The position numbers and the translations under genes were made by a program. A stretch of 64,000 bases of DNA from a virus. Its lineage: Duplodnaviria > Caudoviricetes. The notes under the pieces are model-generated. The model searched no databases, was not told the DNA's origin, and saw only the letters and a list, made by a program, of their open reading frames with translations. Shown here piece after piece: positions 1 to 8,672 of the stretch (within the stretch, counting starts at the first letter, position 1; the number at the start of each line of letters is the position of its first letter). The stretch spans positions 8,742 to 72,741 of IMG/VR virus record IMGVR_UViG_3300033121_000370. The stretch is one strand, 5' to 3'.

Positions 1-259
1 CTTCCAGCTCTTCGAGGTATTCATCGGCCAGGAAAGTCTCAGCCAGGTTACCATCAAGAAGAGCATCTAAATCCAGCTCATCAACAGTCGTATTCCCCGA
101 AGTATCTTCCTCGGGGGTTGTCTGGGATTCAAGGACGCTTAGAGAGCCATCCTCATCATCTTCCATGAATTGTAGGGAGTCCAGGTAGTCCAGTTCCTTC
201 GACGGTGGAGGAGTGAGGAAATCTGTGGGAGCGTAGGAATTTTTCTTAGAAGGTGCCAT
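1..259 (-). CDS. Probable portal protein, N-terminal fragment (runs off the window)
   Basis: Not in the ORF track. ATG at 259 reads MAPSKKNSYAPTDF...DALLDGNLAETFLADEYLEELE, open to position 1. It lies directly downstream of terL, and the acidic N-terminus with an NLAE motif resembles podovirus portal N-termini. Confidence 0.55.
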   Translation of the reverse strand, partial: MAPSKKNSYAPTDFLTPPPSKELDYLDSLQFMEDDEDGSLSVLESQTTPEEDTSGNTTVDELDLDALLDGNLAETFLADEYLEELE

Positions 260-278
260 TCGGTTATTATATCATCCT

Positions 279-2342
279 TTACCAGTAAAATCTCTGTTTG
301 GATACCCGAGCTTGGCGTTCATCTTCCAGTTCCTCAAGGGATACTTCCCCCTCGTAGTTCAAATAGTGGGAATCTCTCAGCCAGATAACAGCCTGGCTCA
401 TTGCGTCCACCTGGTCATCCTTATCAGTTTTCTTGCCCCCAAAGGCTTGGCACTCGTCTATGAAGTCTTGGCACCAGATGAGGTGCATAGGCATATAGAT
501 ACGCTCATCTTCAATGAAGGGCGTAGCGGAAATTACCCTGGTCAGCTTGTCTTTGTCTGGAGAGTACTCAACCACAAAGTAACCTCTGCGCCTGAGGTCC
601 TGGATAAGACTCTGGCCTGAGGCTTTCTTCTCGATTAGCCAGGTATCTGGTACGTGGTCATCCTCTACTTCCTGGCAGTGCTTGATAAGCTCCGGGTATT
701 CCCATTTACCCCGGTGCTGGTCCAGGAGTACCAAACATTTGATGTCCCGTTCCGTGCCTTCCGAGTCTACCCGGCGTTGGTTAAATACGCCCCATACCTG
801 TATAACTGAATGGTCGGCGTGGGTAGAAGTACTAAAGGCTGTATCGAGCGAGGCAATTACGTGCTCAATCTCGCCTTTGCCATTCTTACCCCAATCCTGG
901 AAGTGCTCAGTCTTGATAATGTTGCCATCCAAGGCAATGGGCTCTTGCTGGTACGTGGCAAGCCAATGGCTACGAGGCATACCTGTTTGCATACGCTTAA
1001 CAGTATCAGTGTCGTAGAACTCAGGCCAGTAGGACTCCCCTTCAACTCCACCAAGCATCTTGGCGGCGGCCTTGTCAAGGAGGGCAGGGACCTTTACTAC
1101 CTTCCACTGGCTAAGCGTAGGATTGGACTCTGCTCTATCCAAGAGCCAGCCAGCAGGGTCAAAGCAGTTATGGACTAACACTCCACCAGCTGTGAAACGG
1201 GCTGGCTCGGTTGTTAAGTCAAAGACAGAACCTGAGTACCCTTCTTCGTGGATGTAGTTTACCTTGTAAAGAAGTTTATCCCCATCAACTCGGATATACT
1301 TGCTATTTGCCCCCTTAAACTCGTAAGCTTTGTAGCCCCAATCACTGGGCCAGATGGGAGCAAACTTAATCTCATAGGCACCTATCTCGTTATCTGTTAT
1401 AGCTACACCACTAGGGTGATTAAAGCGACTAGCTAGTAAAAGCTGTATCTGGTTCAAGAGTGTTAGGGATACTGAAGTTATTGTTGCCCAGTTCTCTTTT
1501 CCTTTGTTACACCCATCCCCCTGGTAGTACCCAAAGAGAAACTCCATCTGGTAACCTCGCGGTATGTGGAAGAACCAGCTTGGTAACTCCTTGTGGTGGG
1601 CTAGCTCTTTGAAGTTATTTCCTAGAAAGGAAGCTAGTTGGACTGATGAGCAACGGATTTTGACACCCCGGCCTAACTTCATAGGTGAAAGAACCGATGG
1701 TATGTTATATCTGTCTAAGGTTCTCATCACTATATCGTGGAGTTCCAGCTCATCTTGGTGGAAAGCCCAGTCGATGCGATTTCTACTTCTACCTTTGCCG
1801 CCTGAAGAAAGACATCCTTCAGCAACCCAAAGGCCAACAAGCCGCCAAAAGTCTTTATCCAGCAGGGGATTACGGCTAAACTCCTGGTTATTGGAACTTT
1901 GAAGGCCATATAGGAGGGTATACTGGTACACAGCTCCTTTAGTCTTAAGCCCCACTTTTCCTGCTATTTCCTGGTACGTCAGGCCTAGGCCTAGTAACTC
2001 CTGGAGTAGTTCTTTAGAGACTTTTCCTTTACCCCCGGTTAGCGAGGGGGGTGTTATTCTTTCCCTCATCTCAAACTTAGGCCATTTTGCCAGGAACTCT
2101 TCCTCAGTCAAATCTGGCTTGTCCAGGATGTAACCAAACGTCTTAAATCCCCAGTCTGACGTGGACAACTCAGAGGCCTTCTTAAAGGTGTGTTTTTCCT
2201 CGTTGTGGGGGTCAGTGGGGTCAATGGTCAGAACTTGGTGGTCTGGGGTTACCTTTAACTCAGTAGGGGAGCCAAAGAATCTAATGTGTAGGACTTCACC
2301 TGAGAAAGGTGTTTCTTCTAGGCGTGAGCTCGTACTTAGCAA
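279..2342 (-). CDS. terL: Terminase large subunit, C-terminal part, preceded by most of a LAGLIDADG intein
   Basis: Intein blocks TPDHQV, LVGLWVAEG, LFGYYQGDG and VLVHN/C. Then the ATPase end and RNase H-like nuclease motifs SLDTAFS...ADHSVIQVW, IEKKASGQSLIQDLRR, DDQVDAMSQA. TTG start overlaps the stop of the upstream ORF. Confidence 0.9.
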   Translation of the reverse strand: MLSTSSRLEETPFSGEVLHIRFFGSPTELKVTPDHQVLTIDPTDPHNEEKHTFKKASELSTSDWGFKTFGYILDKPDLTEEEFLAKWPKFEMRERITPPSLTGGKGKVSKELLQELLGLGLTYQEIAGKVGLKTKGAVYQYTLLYGLQSSNNQEFSRNPLLDKDFWRLVGLWVAEGCLSSGGKGRSRNRIDWAFHQDELELHDIVMRTLDRYNIPSVLSPMKLGRGVKIRCSSVQLASFLGNNFKELAHHKELPSWFFHIPRGYQMEFLFGYYQGDGCNKGKENWATITSVSLTLLNQIQLLLASRFNHPSGVAITDNEIGAYEIKFAPIWPSDWGYKAYEFKGANSKYIRVDGDKLLYKVNYIHEEGYSGSVFDLTTEPARFTAGGVLVHNCFDPAGWLLDRAESNPTLSQWKVVKVPALLDKAAAKMLGGVEGESYWPEFYDTDTVKRMQTGMPRSHWLATYQQEPIALDGNIIKTEHFQDWGKNGKGEIEHVIASLDTAFSTSTHADHSVIQVWGVFNQRRVDSEGTERDIKCLVLLDQHRGKWEYPELIKHCQEVEDDHVPDTWLIEKKASGQSLIQDLRRRGYFVVEYSPDKDKLTRVISATPFIEDERIYMPMHLIWCQDFIDECQAFGGKKTDKDDQVDAMSQAVIWLRDSHYLNYEGEVSLEELEDERQARVSKQRFYW

Positions 2343-2428
2343 TTTACCAGGTCTTCCTTAGGGAGAATGTCTTTAATGGGCTTTAGTAACCCATATTCTA
2401 ATTCTACCATAGTTTCCGGTAATAAGCA
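1167..2428 (-). mobile_element. terL intein with HTH-like segment and LAGLIDADG endonuclease, interrupted by a reading-frame break at ~2336-2342
   Basis: Cys1 codon at 2428-2426 and terminal His-Asn ending at 1167, followed by Cys+1. Excision gives NTRWN-CFDPAGWLL, matching the TerL TRWHxxDLAGxL motif. Length is 1262 nt, not a multiple of 3. Confidence 0.88.
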
Positions 2429-3097
2429 ATTCCAGCGGGTATTTATGAGTACAATCTTGCCCTTAGGCAGGATACGGGACTCAAAACCGCGGGGCCACCA
2501 CTTGTGTACCTTCTCATTCTCTGGTTTGGAGTCAGCATTTTGCTCAGAAATCAAATCATCGCATATCCCAAAGTTTCCTCGCTTACCGGCAATAGCGCCC
2601 CCTACACCAGCCGAGCGATATATGCCCTTCTGTTTGGTACGCCAGTGCTCTCGAGCCTGGTAGTTCTCATCCAGGCTGAGATTAGGGAATATTTCCTTGT
2701 ATTCATCCAGGCACATCAAGTCCCGGATGTCAGCGCCAAAGGAGGCCGTAAAGTCTGCCGAGTGGCCTACGTGCAGAATCTGCCAGTCAGGCCTCTGGCC
2801 GAAGACCCAGGCAGGAAAAAGAATAGAACCTAGCCGAGACTTCATGGCCCCTGGAGGAAGGAAAATCATGACTCGGGCATTATCAGTCCTGTAAGCCCAC
2901 TCAAGCGTGTCAGCTACCAGTTTTATGTGTTTGCCGTCTATAAACCCAGGGATGATTACCGGGGCCATGAGCTGCACAAAGGTGTAGAAGCTGGAGCGAG
3001 CCTTAATAAGCAGAATATCCCGAAGCTCCTGGCGTACACGAAGGTCGTGCTCCAGCTGAGCCTCGATATTCATGCCTATAGTAGTCTTAGGGGGCAT
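2336..3097 (-). CDS. terL: Terminase large subunit, N-terminal ATPase part, ending in the first 30 aa of an intein
   Basis: IFLPPGAMKS (Walker A region), GVGGAIAGKRG, Walker B ICDDL, and INTRWN followed by intein block A CLLPETMV; then stop TAA. Confidence 0.9.
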   Translation of the reverse strand: MPPKTTIGMNIEAQLEHDLRVRQELRDILLIKARSSFYTFVQLMAPVIIPGFIDGKHIKLVADTLEWAYRTDNARVMIFLPPGAMKSRLGSILFPAWVFGQRPDWQILHVGHSADFTASFGADIRDLMCLDEYKEIFPNLSLDENYQAREHWRTKQKGIYRSAGVGGAIAGKRGNFGICDDLISEQNADSKPENEKVHKWWPRGFESRILPKGKIVLINTRWNCLLPETMVELEYGLLKPIKDILPKEDLVNC

Positions 3098-3112
3098 GGC
3101 GAAATGAGGTGT

Positions 3113-3709
3113 TTAGTTAGGCTTGACAGATGAGGGGCTAGAAGTCTTGGATAGAAGGCTCTGGAAGCGACTAATGTCGTCCTTGACCTCCATAGGCTTG
3201 TCGCCAGAAAGGTGGCTCTGGGAGGCCTCTGGGCTAAGCGCAGAGGCATTCTTGCGGCTCTCGGGAGTCATACCCTTAAAGGAGCCCAAAAAGCTAACAG
3301 CTTGCATGGCAGCCTTAAGGTCATCCCGTTCACAGCCCAAGTCAAATATCTTACGGGCCTTCTCGATAACCTCGTCGATGCTAAGGACCGAGCGTACAAG
3401 CCCCAAGCTCTTAATTCGCTCCATGTAAAGGCGTGCATCGGGGGTCTTCAGGCAATTACGGTAACGCTGAACAGACGTAGGATGGGTACCTAAGTTAGCT
3501 TGGGTAAGAGCCTTGGCTATGTCATTGGTCATGGCATATTGCTCTAGAAAAGCTCTTTGCTTAGGAGTAAGCCTTAGAGCAGCCTCTTCAGCTACTTCTG
3601 TGTAGGTAGTTACCTTAGAGCTCAAGTCATGTAGCTCTTGGTACTTTTTGTCCGAAGCTAGAGCTTCTAGAACTTCTTCAGAGGATATTTTATTAGTTGG
3701 CCGGGCCAT
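3113..3709 (-). CDS. terS: Terminase small subunit (probable)
   Basis: Immediately upstream of terL. LTPKQRAFLEQY...A N-terminal HTH pattern and SIDEVI...KAA helical region typical of TerS. Confidence 0.7.
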   Translation of the reverse strand: MARPTNKISSEEVLEALASDKKYQELHDLSSKVTTYTEVAEEAALRLTPKQRAFLEQYAMTNDIAKALTQANLGTHPTSVQRYRNCLKTPDARLYMERIKSLGLVRSVLSIDEVIEKARKIFDLGCERDDLKAAMQAVSFLGSFKGMTPESRKNASALSPEASQSHLSGDKPMEVKDDISRFQSLLSKTSSPSSVKPN

Positions 3710-4530
3710 ATGAAGGGGATTACCTAAGTGAGTGGAGAAAAAGAAAGAGGGGAGTTGGGTAACTCGGTATTTACAACAAACAAACTTCCCGAAGGGAGCA
3801 AATACGTTGAAAGAACCGAGTTGGAAGCTTAAGCAGCCTAAAGGCTCTTAGGGGATTACAACTAGATTCATATCTAGTATATCACCTAGAGAGTAATTAC
3901 ACAAAACAAATGTTTTTGGGGATTTTTAGCTTGCTTAGTTAATACTTTAGTTAGCTAAGGTTTAACCTAGCTCTTTGGTTTCTAACTATCTAGCGTTTCA
4001 TCTAGCATTTTTTACTAGCAAATTTTATCTAGCGTTATCTTATTTGAGCAAATGTTTTACTAAGCATTGCATAAGCATTATACCATGAGTTGTTCAAGAA
4101 AAGCAAATATTCTTATGCGGCTAATTGTCGCAGGGGATATTCTTTAACTAAGTCGTTAAAGGGGCGTAAGCTCCGCCTACGGGAGTTTTCTAGCTAAGCC
4201 TATGTATTTGCTAAAGAAGCGTTCGCTTCGCTCTCTAAATATTTTTATATATATACCCGGCTAAAGGAACAAAAGCTACACGGAGTAAATATCTTAGGGT
4301 AAAGCTAGGGCCAACTTTCTAAATTTCATAGCGGTGTCAGAGGGGCTCCCCCCTACCCCCAAGCTCACTTCGTTTTCCCCCTCCCCCTCCTCCGCAAATG
4401 CCTGTGCAGCTGCTCAGTTGTACACTTGCACACATGAACAGATGCTCAGTTGAACACTTGAATACCTATTCATGTATGCACTTGCTCACATATCCAAGTA
4501 TACATATAGTCAAACGTAGTAATGCTGAGC

Positions 4531-4600
4531 AATGTTCAGTGAACAGTGCTAAGTGAATACTGTTTAGTGAACAATGTTTATTGAGCAATGCTCAGTGAAC
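4531..4600. repeat. Five tandem degenerate 14-bp palindromic repeats (core TGYTCAGTGAACA)
   Basis: Units aatgttcagtgaac / agtgctaagtgaat / actgtttagtgaac / aatgtttattgagc / aatgctcagtgaac. Related tgctcagttg(t/a)acacttg copies at ~4409 and ~4442. Confidence 0.8.
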
Positions 4601-4857
4601 AGGGTTTATTACTTGGCTGTAACAATGTGTAACAATTGCGTGATGTCTAGGGGGGCTGTAAACACTAGGCAAAAATTGCCTAGCTACGTATCCCCGACAA
4701 TAACCAAGCATTTACAAAGACTTACAGAACAAAGCAACTAACACAAGCCTTGCTAGGTGCAACACACCAGCACCACTAGGCCTAGATAATCCGATTAAAC
4801 CCGCAATTAAATTACCTTCTAAGTCCTATTAACGCAAGATAATAAGCCAGATTAGCC

Positions 4858-4886
4858 TTGCATGCAGAGGGGAGAGGGATTATAGT
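4858..4886 (+). promoter_or_regulatory. Sigma70-like promoter for the early arm
   Basis: TTGCAT-17 nt-TATAGT upstream of the first plus-strand ORF. Confidence 0.55.
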
Positions 4887-5035
4887 CTAACACATAGGGC
4901 GGCAGGATGCTCCCCTAGCCAAGGTGAAGAGCCTAGGCGCTACAAACTGAGAGGCTATTAGTCCCGGCCTATGCACAAGGGGATTAACCAAGAAGGTTAA
5001 GCCGGGATAGGCCTAACCGAGAGAGAGGGGTTAAC

Positions 5036-5839
5036 ATGCCTAAAGTAAAGCTGAGACGCTTGGACTATGCCACAAGGCAAGAGTTCCGGCAAGCCATTCA
5101 TAATCAATGGACGCGTAAACGTAAAGCCTCCAAGGCTATTACCTTGGAAGCAAGCCGGGCATGTGGTGAGTTGATGCAAGGTCGCCAGATAGCCAAGAGC
5201 TATGAAGACCTTGAAAATACGGTTTTGAAAGCATTTGAGGCAAACACAACTGAGCGCAAGAACTCGGCGCGCTTGCCTCTGCCCGAAAAGCAAGATAAAG
5301 CCAAGCCTAGGGTAGAGTTTACTCCTGACCAGTTGCGCCTGCTCAATGCTGAGGAACTGGCAATCATCCATGAAGCTAGAGCGAAAGCCAGCTTTAAGGC
5401 TAATCCTTACAGGCCCTTGAACAAGCTGAAGATTGACAGGGAACGTGCCTATCTGGAGCCGGAGGATTACTCGCCTATTAATCCCCTTGAGCAAAAGGCA
5501 AGGGATAACAAGAGGTTATCACATGGGCAATCCCGTATCTATCGGGAGCGTATTACCCAGGAAGAGCATGCCCTTAACCAAGTTAACCAAGTTAACCAAG
5601 AGGCAGAGCTGAAGCGGGATAAGAACTTGCCGGACTACGTAGACTTACGTATCAGGCAAGCTGAAGCCAAAGAGAAGGAAGAGCTGAAGCGCAAGGAAAG
5701 AATGGAACTGCGCTTGCTAGCCGCAAAGTATAACTTATCCCTGAACAAAGACAGGAAGGCTCTTGAAAAGATTTACCTTTCTGAGCATGAGTCTTCCCTT
5801 AGACTTGAGCGAGAGAAATCCCTAGGCAATGTGGGATAG
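5036..5839 (+). CDS. Hypothetical basic, coiled-coil-rich protein
   Basis: 267-aa ORF with RBS gagggg. Contains a 9-nt tandem repeat encoding NQVNQVNQ. No family recognised. Confidence 0.65.
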   Translation: MPKVKLRRLDYATRQEFRQAIHNQWTRKRKASKAITLEASRACGELMQGRQIAKSYEDLENTVLKAFEANTTERKNSARLPLPEKQDKAKPRVEFTPDQLRLLNAEELAIIHEARAKASFKANPYRPLNKLKIDRERAYLEPEDYSPINPLEQKARDNKRLSHGQSRIYRERITQEEHALNQVNQVNQEAELKRDKNLPDYVDLRIRQAEAKEKEELKRKERMELRLLAAKYNLSLNKDRKALEKIYLSEHESSLRLEREKSLGNVG

Positions 5840-5871
5840 TAACATTGCGGAAGATGTCTTAACCTTTACCA

Positions 5872-6357
5872 ATGGAGGAACTAAACATGTCTAAGGACCG
5901 TTACGGATTGGCTAAACTTAGCCTTGATGAAATTACCTTGCTTAACCAAGCTACCAATGGACGGGCTGGAAGTCCCGCGCCTGGCGTAGCTACACCTGAG
6001 CCGGAAAAGAAGCCGGAAGAGCGGCCGCGCGCCAGATGGGACGCGGTTAACAAGGTGTGGAATACACGACTCACTCCGAAAGTCAGTGATAAATATGTCA
6101 CTGTCGTTTCTACCTTACTGCGGAAGGTAGCTGTCTCGGATTTGTCAGTCGCTCAGGATACTGTTGCCGCAGCGATTGCGGAAGAACATGCAAGCCTTGG
6201 AGCATACAACACACAAGTCTATTTCTGTGGGGACAAGGGCGGGACTGGAGCCGAAGTTGCGCAAGCCAAGGCCGAAGTTGCGCAAGCCAAAGCCGAAGCC
6301 GCTGAATTGAAAGCGCAAGTTGCTGAACTTATGGCACTGTTGAAAGCTAAAGCCTAA
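5872..6357 (+). CDS. Hypothetical protein with C-terminal coiled coil
   Basis: RBS ggagg precedes an alternative ATG at 5887. Duplicated AEVAQAK repeat (gccgaagttgcgcaagccaa twice). Confidence 0.7.
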   Translation: MEELNMSKDRYGLAKLSLDEITLLNQATNGRAGSPAPGVATPEPEKKPEERPRARWDAVNKVWNTRLTPKVSDKYVTVVSTLLRKVAVSDLSVAQDTVAAAIAEEHASLGAYNTQVYFCGDKGGTGAEVAQAKAEVAQAKAEAAELKAQVAELMALLKAKA

Positions 6358-6386
6358 CCTAGCCTTACCTAGTTACCCTGCTATAA

Positions 6387-6423
6387 CCCTGCCCGGCGGT
6401 TGACCCCGCTTGGCAGGGCTTTA
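6387..6423 (+). terminator. Rho-independent terminator
   Basis: ccctgcc...ggcaggg stem followed by a T-tract, just after the 6357 stop. Confidence 0.5.
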
Positions 6424-6545
6424 GGCTTTCCTTAGTATCTTCACAGCTAAAGGGTACTAAGAAAAGCCTAAGCTTTTTCTGCATAGGGATAACCTATCAT
6501 CGCTTAGCGTTAGCTCTTAGTGCCTCTAAAAAGGAGTGGCTACCT

Positions 6546-6857
6546 ATGGTTGGATTCTACCTTGATGATACACGGGAGCCGCCTAACAACGGGGAGTGGG
6601 TTGTAGCTCGTAACTTCGAGGAAGCTATCCTAGCCTATGCCCGGAATCGCTTAGTCATATCTACCCTGAGCCTTGACCATGACTTAGGGGAAATAGCTAC
6701 AGGCTTGGACTTTCTAAGGTGGTTAGAACGTAACTACCCGAATGATTTGCTGGATAAAGCTATCATAGTGCACTCAGCTAATCCTGTAGGTAAAGCTAGG
6801 ATGCAGAACTTCATCAGTGACTTTATCAGGAGTAACCCATATGGATACACCACTTAA
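6546..6857 (+). CDS. Cyclic-phosphate-processing receiver-domain (cREC)-like protein
   Basis: FYLDDTREPP...WVVARNFEEA...LSLDHDLGE..TGLDFLRWLE...IIVHSANPVG matches the LDDxR / SLDHDLG / HSaNPvG pattern of this stand-alone receiver family linked to RNA repair. Confidence 0.8.
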   Translation: MVGFYLDDTREPPNNGEWVVARNFEEAILAYARNRLVISTLSLDHDLGEIATGLDFLRWLERNYPNDLLDKAIIVHSANPVGKARMQNFISDFIRSNPYGYTT

Positions 6858-7044
6858 AGTTTCAGTAGTTATATCCGTAGCTACTGTAATATTCCTGGGA
6901 TGGGCAGCTGTAGATGCTATAGCTAAGCTACCCCAGCCTACCGCCTCAGCTCCTACCTCTATCCAGGAGTGCTGGGACAAGCCTCTGGTCCCGAACGATA
7001 AAATCCTTGAGGTTCAATCTCTTATGGAGGCTTTGCTCAAATGA
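6841..7044 (+). CDS. Small membrane protein
   Basis: ATG at 6841, one hydrophobic helix, overlaps neighbouring genes. Confidence 0.5.
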   Translation: MDTPLKVSVVISVATVIFLGWAAVDAIAKLPQPTASAPTSIQECWDKPLVPNDKILEVQSLMEALLK

Positions 7045-7292
7045 TACATCACACTCCACTTAGCCTACCGGCCAACACCCCATTCAGGTTTATACCTTTG
7101 CCCGGAGCTACCGAGCCTTGGACAGCTTCTACCTTCTGCATCGACGGGGTAGGTGAGCTGTATGTATTCGATGAGGCTGGCTTGCCCCAGTCCAACACTA
7201 GCCACTACAACGAGCTAAATGAATTCTGGCAGTATCTCGGGGTATTCCTTACCCTTGGGCTGCCCGAGTGTTTTGAAGCTGAGAGTGAGTAA
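7041..7292 (+). CDS. Hypothetical protein
   Basis: ATGA overlap with the previous gene, RBS ggagg. Confidence 0.55.
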   Translation: MIHHTPLSLPANTPFRFIPLPGATEPWTASTFCIDGVGELYVFDEAGLPQSNTSHYNELNEFWQYLGVFLTLGLPECFEAESE

Positions 7293-7313
7293 AGCGAAGA
7301 GGAGTAACTTAGT

Positions 7314-7595
7314 ATGATGCAGCAGAACAACGCCTTTAGTCGCTTGGTAGGAGAGCCCTACCTGGCCCGTATGACTGTGGATAACTTGGCAAAGTTTGCC
7401 CGAGACTGTATCCGTAACAACCGTAGGGTAGGTTCTACCTATCTGGCCAGGTACGCTCGGAATTCCTATCACAATGCCGAGCTGTTCTATGCGTCTGATG
7501 CCAAGGCTATTCAGATGCTGCTTAACTACAGCCAGACGTGTAGCCTACGTATCCCAGCCCCAGCCGTAGTTGTTGAAGGGGCTGTAGCAGCTTAA
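7314..7595 (+). CDS. Hypothetical protein
   Basis: RBS gaggag, co-oriented with neighbours. Confidence 0.6.
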   Translation: MMQQNNAFSRLVGEPYLARMTVDNLAKFARDCIRNNRRVGSTYLARYARNSYHNAELFYASDAKAIQMLLNYSQTCSLRIPAPAVVVEGAVAA

Positions 7596-7622
7596 CCCTA
7601 GAAAGAGGGGGAGAAAGAGAAC

Positions 7623-7913
7623 ATGCCTACTACCGAAAAACCCCCTGTTGTAGTACACACCTTCACTACCTTATCCCTTAGCGATACCAAAGCGTACCTA
7701 GAGAGTATCGTGGGCCGCGAGCACTCCGGCTGGGCAGACATAATCTCCAAAGCTGAGAGCCTTGCATATGAAGGCCACAAAGTAGCAATCTCCTACACTA
7801 TCTCTGGTACTGAAGAATTAGTTAACCAAGAAGATGAGGTATTCGAGGTCTTACTCAAGCGTGAGTTTGGCCTAAAAGATGGGGATGAAATCCTTTTTGT
7901 AGATGTAGCCTAG
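7623..7913 (+). CDS. Hypothetical protein
   Basis: Purine-rich RBS, co-oriented with neighbours. Confidence 0.6.
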   Translation: MPTTEKPPVVVHTFTTLSLSDTKAYLESIVGREHSGWADIISKAESLAYEGHKVAISYTISGTEELVNQEDEVFEVLLKREFGLKDGDEILFVDVA

Positions 7914-7928
7914 AACAGTTAAACCATT

Positions 7929-8125
7929 ACAGGTGGTGTGGAGCAGTGGTAGCTCCACTCTGGCGGACGAAGCCCTAGCGTTACCGGGAAACCGGCCCGC
8001 CTAAGCGGGTTAAGTACTCTTATGTCACCTTCAGACCACTGAGAGTACTGAGTTAGGAAGCAGTCAGAAATATCGGAGTTTGAAGGCCCGACCAGTTATC
8101 CTTATAAGACCGACTGGCCACCTGT
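7929..8125 (+). ncRNA. Unclassified structured RNA with a tRNA-like 5' D-arm
   Basis: 9-bp terminal stem acaggtggt/gccacctgt. D-arm GAGC-agtggta-GCTC. Hairpins ccgg-gaaa-ccgg, cccgc-ctaa-gcggg and agtactct/agagtact. Possible pseudoknot ccttca/tgaagg. No canonical T-loop or CCA. Confidence 0.6.
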
Positions 8126-8156
8126 TCTATTACCCTCTAACTAGGAGTAACCTACT

Positions 8157-8666
8157 ATGGAATACATTAGGTACACATCGAGAGATGTAATGCTCGCTGC
8201 CCAAGCTAGCGGTATCTTCGACGAGGACTGCGAATTTAAGCTAGGAGAGTTTTACCCTGAAAGAGCCCCCGTTGACCTGTGCTCGAGCCCTAAAGGAGCT
8301 CGAGCCCTACAAGAGTTTCTTGGTGAGATGCTCGAGCTAGTAGAAGGGGGTACCTATGGTGAAGACCCAGTTACCTTACTACCAGTTATGGATGAGTTTG
8401 GGAATAGAGTAGAGCACTACCGAGCTGTTCTGTACGTGGAAGGTCTTCAGTTCCTGGTTAGCCCTAAGAAAGCTCTAGACATGGTTTGGTCCAGCGCCAC
8501 AAGAATGGCCACATGTAACCGTATCTACGACAATTATAATCACCCACTCAGTCTAGAAGAGGAACTCTCTAGTAAGGCCTTCAACCTGTTAAAAGAGCTC
8601 CGTAAGTTGAAGCTTAGGTACCTCCCGGAGGATAGACAGTTAGCCTTAACAAAAGAGCAGGAGTAA
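8157..8666 (+). CDS. Hypothetical protein
   Basis: 169-aa ORF with strong RBS aggag, flanked by identical 17-nt repeats. Confidence 0.7.
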   Translation: MEYIRYTSRDVMLAAQASGIFDEDCEFKLGEFYPERAPVDLCSSPKGARALQEFLGEMLELVEGGTYGEDPVTLLPVMDEFGNRVEHYRAVLYVEGLQFLVSPKKALDMVWSSATRMATCNRIYDNYNHPLSLEEELSSKAFNLLKELRKLKLRYLPEDRQLALTKEQE

Positions 8667-8672
8667 CCTACT

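Larger units (their letters stand above)
3710..5035. other. Long non-coding region between divergent arms; candidate genome terminus, packaging or origin region
   Basis: No credible ORF. AT-rich stretches, iterated short repeats, C-run cluster at 4348-4387, and transcription diverges on either side. Confidence 0.55.

Noticed and set aside
312-1902. Plus-strand ORFs antisense to terL, and the many similar antisense ORFs across the window
   Set aside because: They fully overlap well-supported genes on the opposite strand and have no RBS or recognisable motifs.
2336-2342. Stop-codon recoding (TAG reassignment) explaining the terL break or the CTAG richness
   Set aside because: The terL break is a TAA plus a frame change. 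All other conserved genes read normally in code 11, several end in TAG, and no suppressor tRNA is present.
4531-4600. CRISPR array
   Set aside because: The units are contiguous 14-mers without spacers, and no cas genes are present (the Cas4-like exonuclease sits in the replication module).
7929-8125. tRNA with a group I intron, or a c-di-GMP riboswitch
   Set aside because: The insert is only ~115 nt, with no U33 splice junction and no recognisable P7 core. The resemblance to riboswitch motifs is limited to short words.
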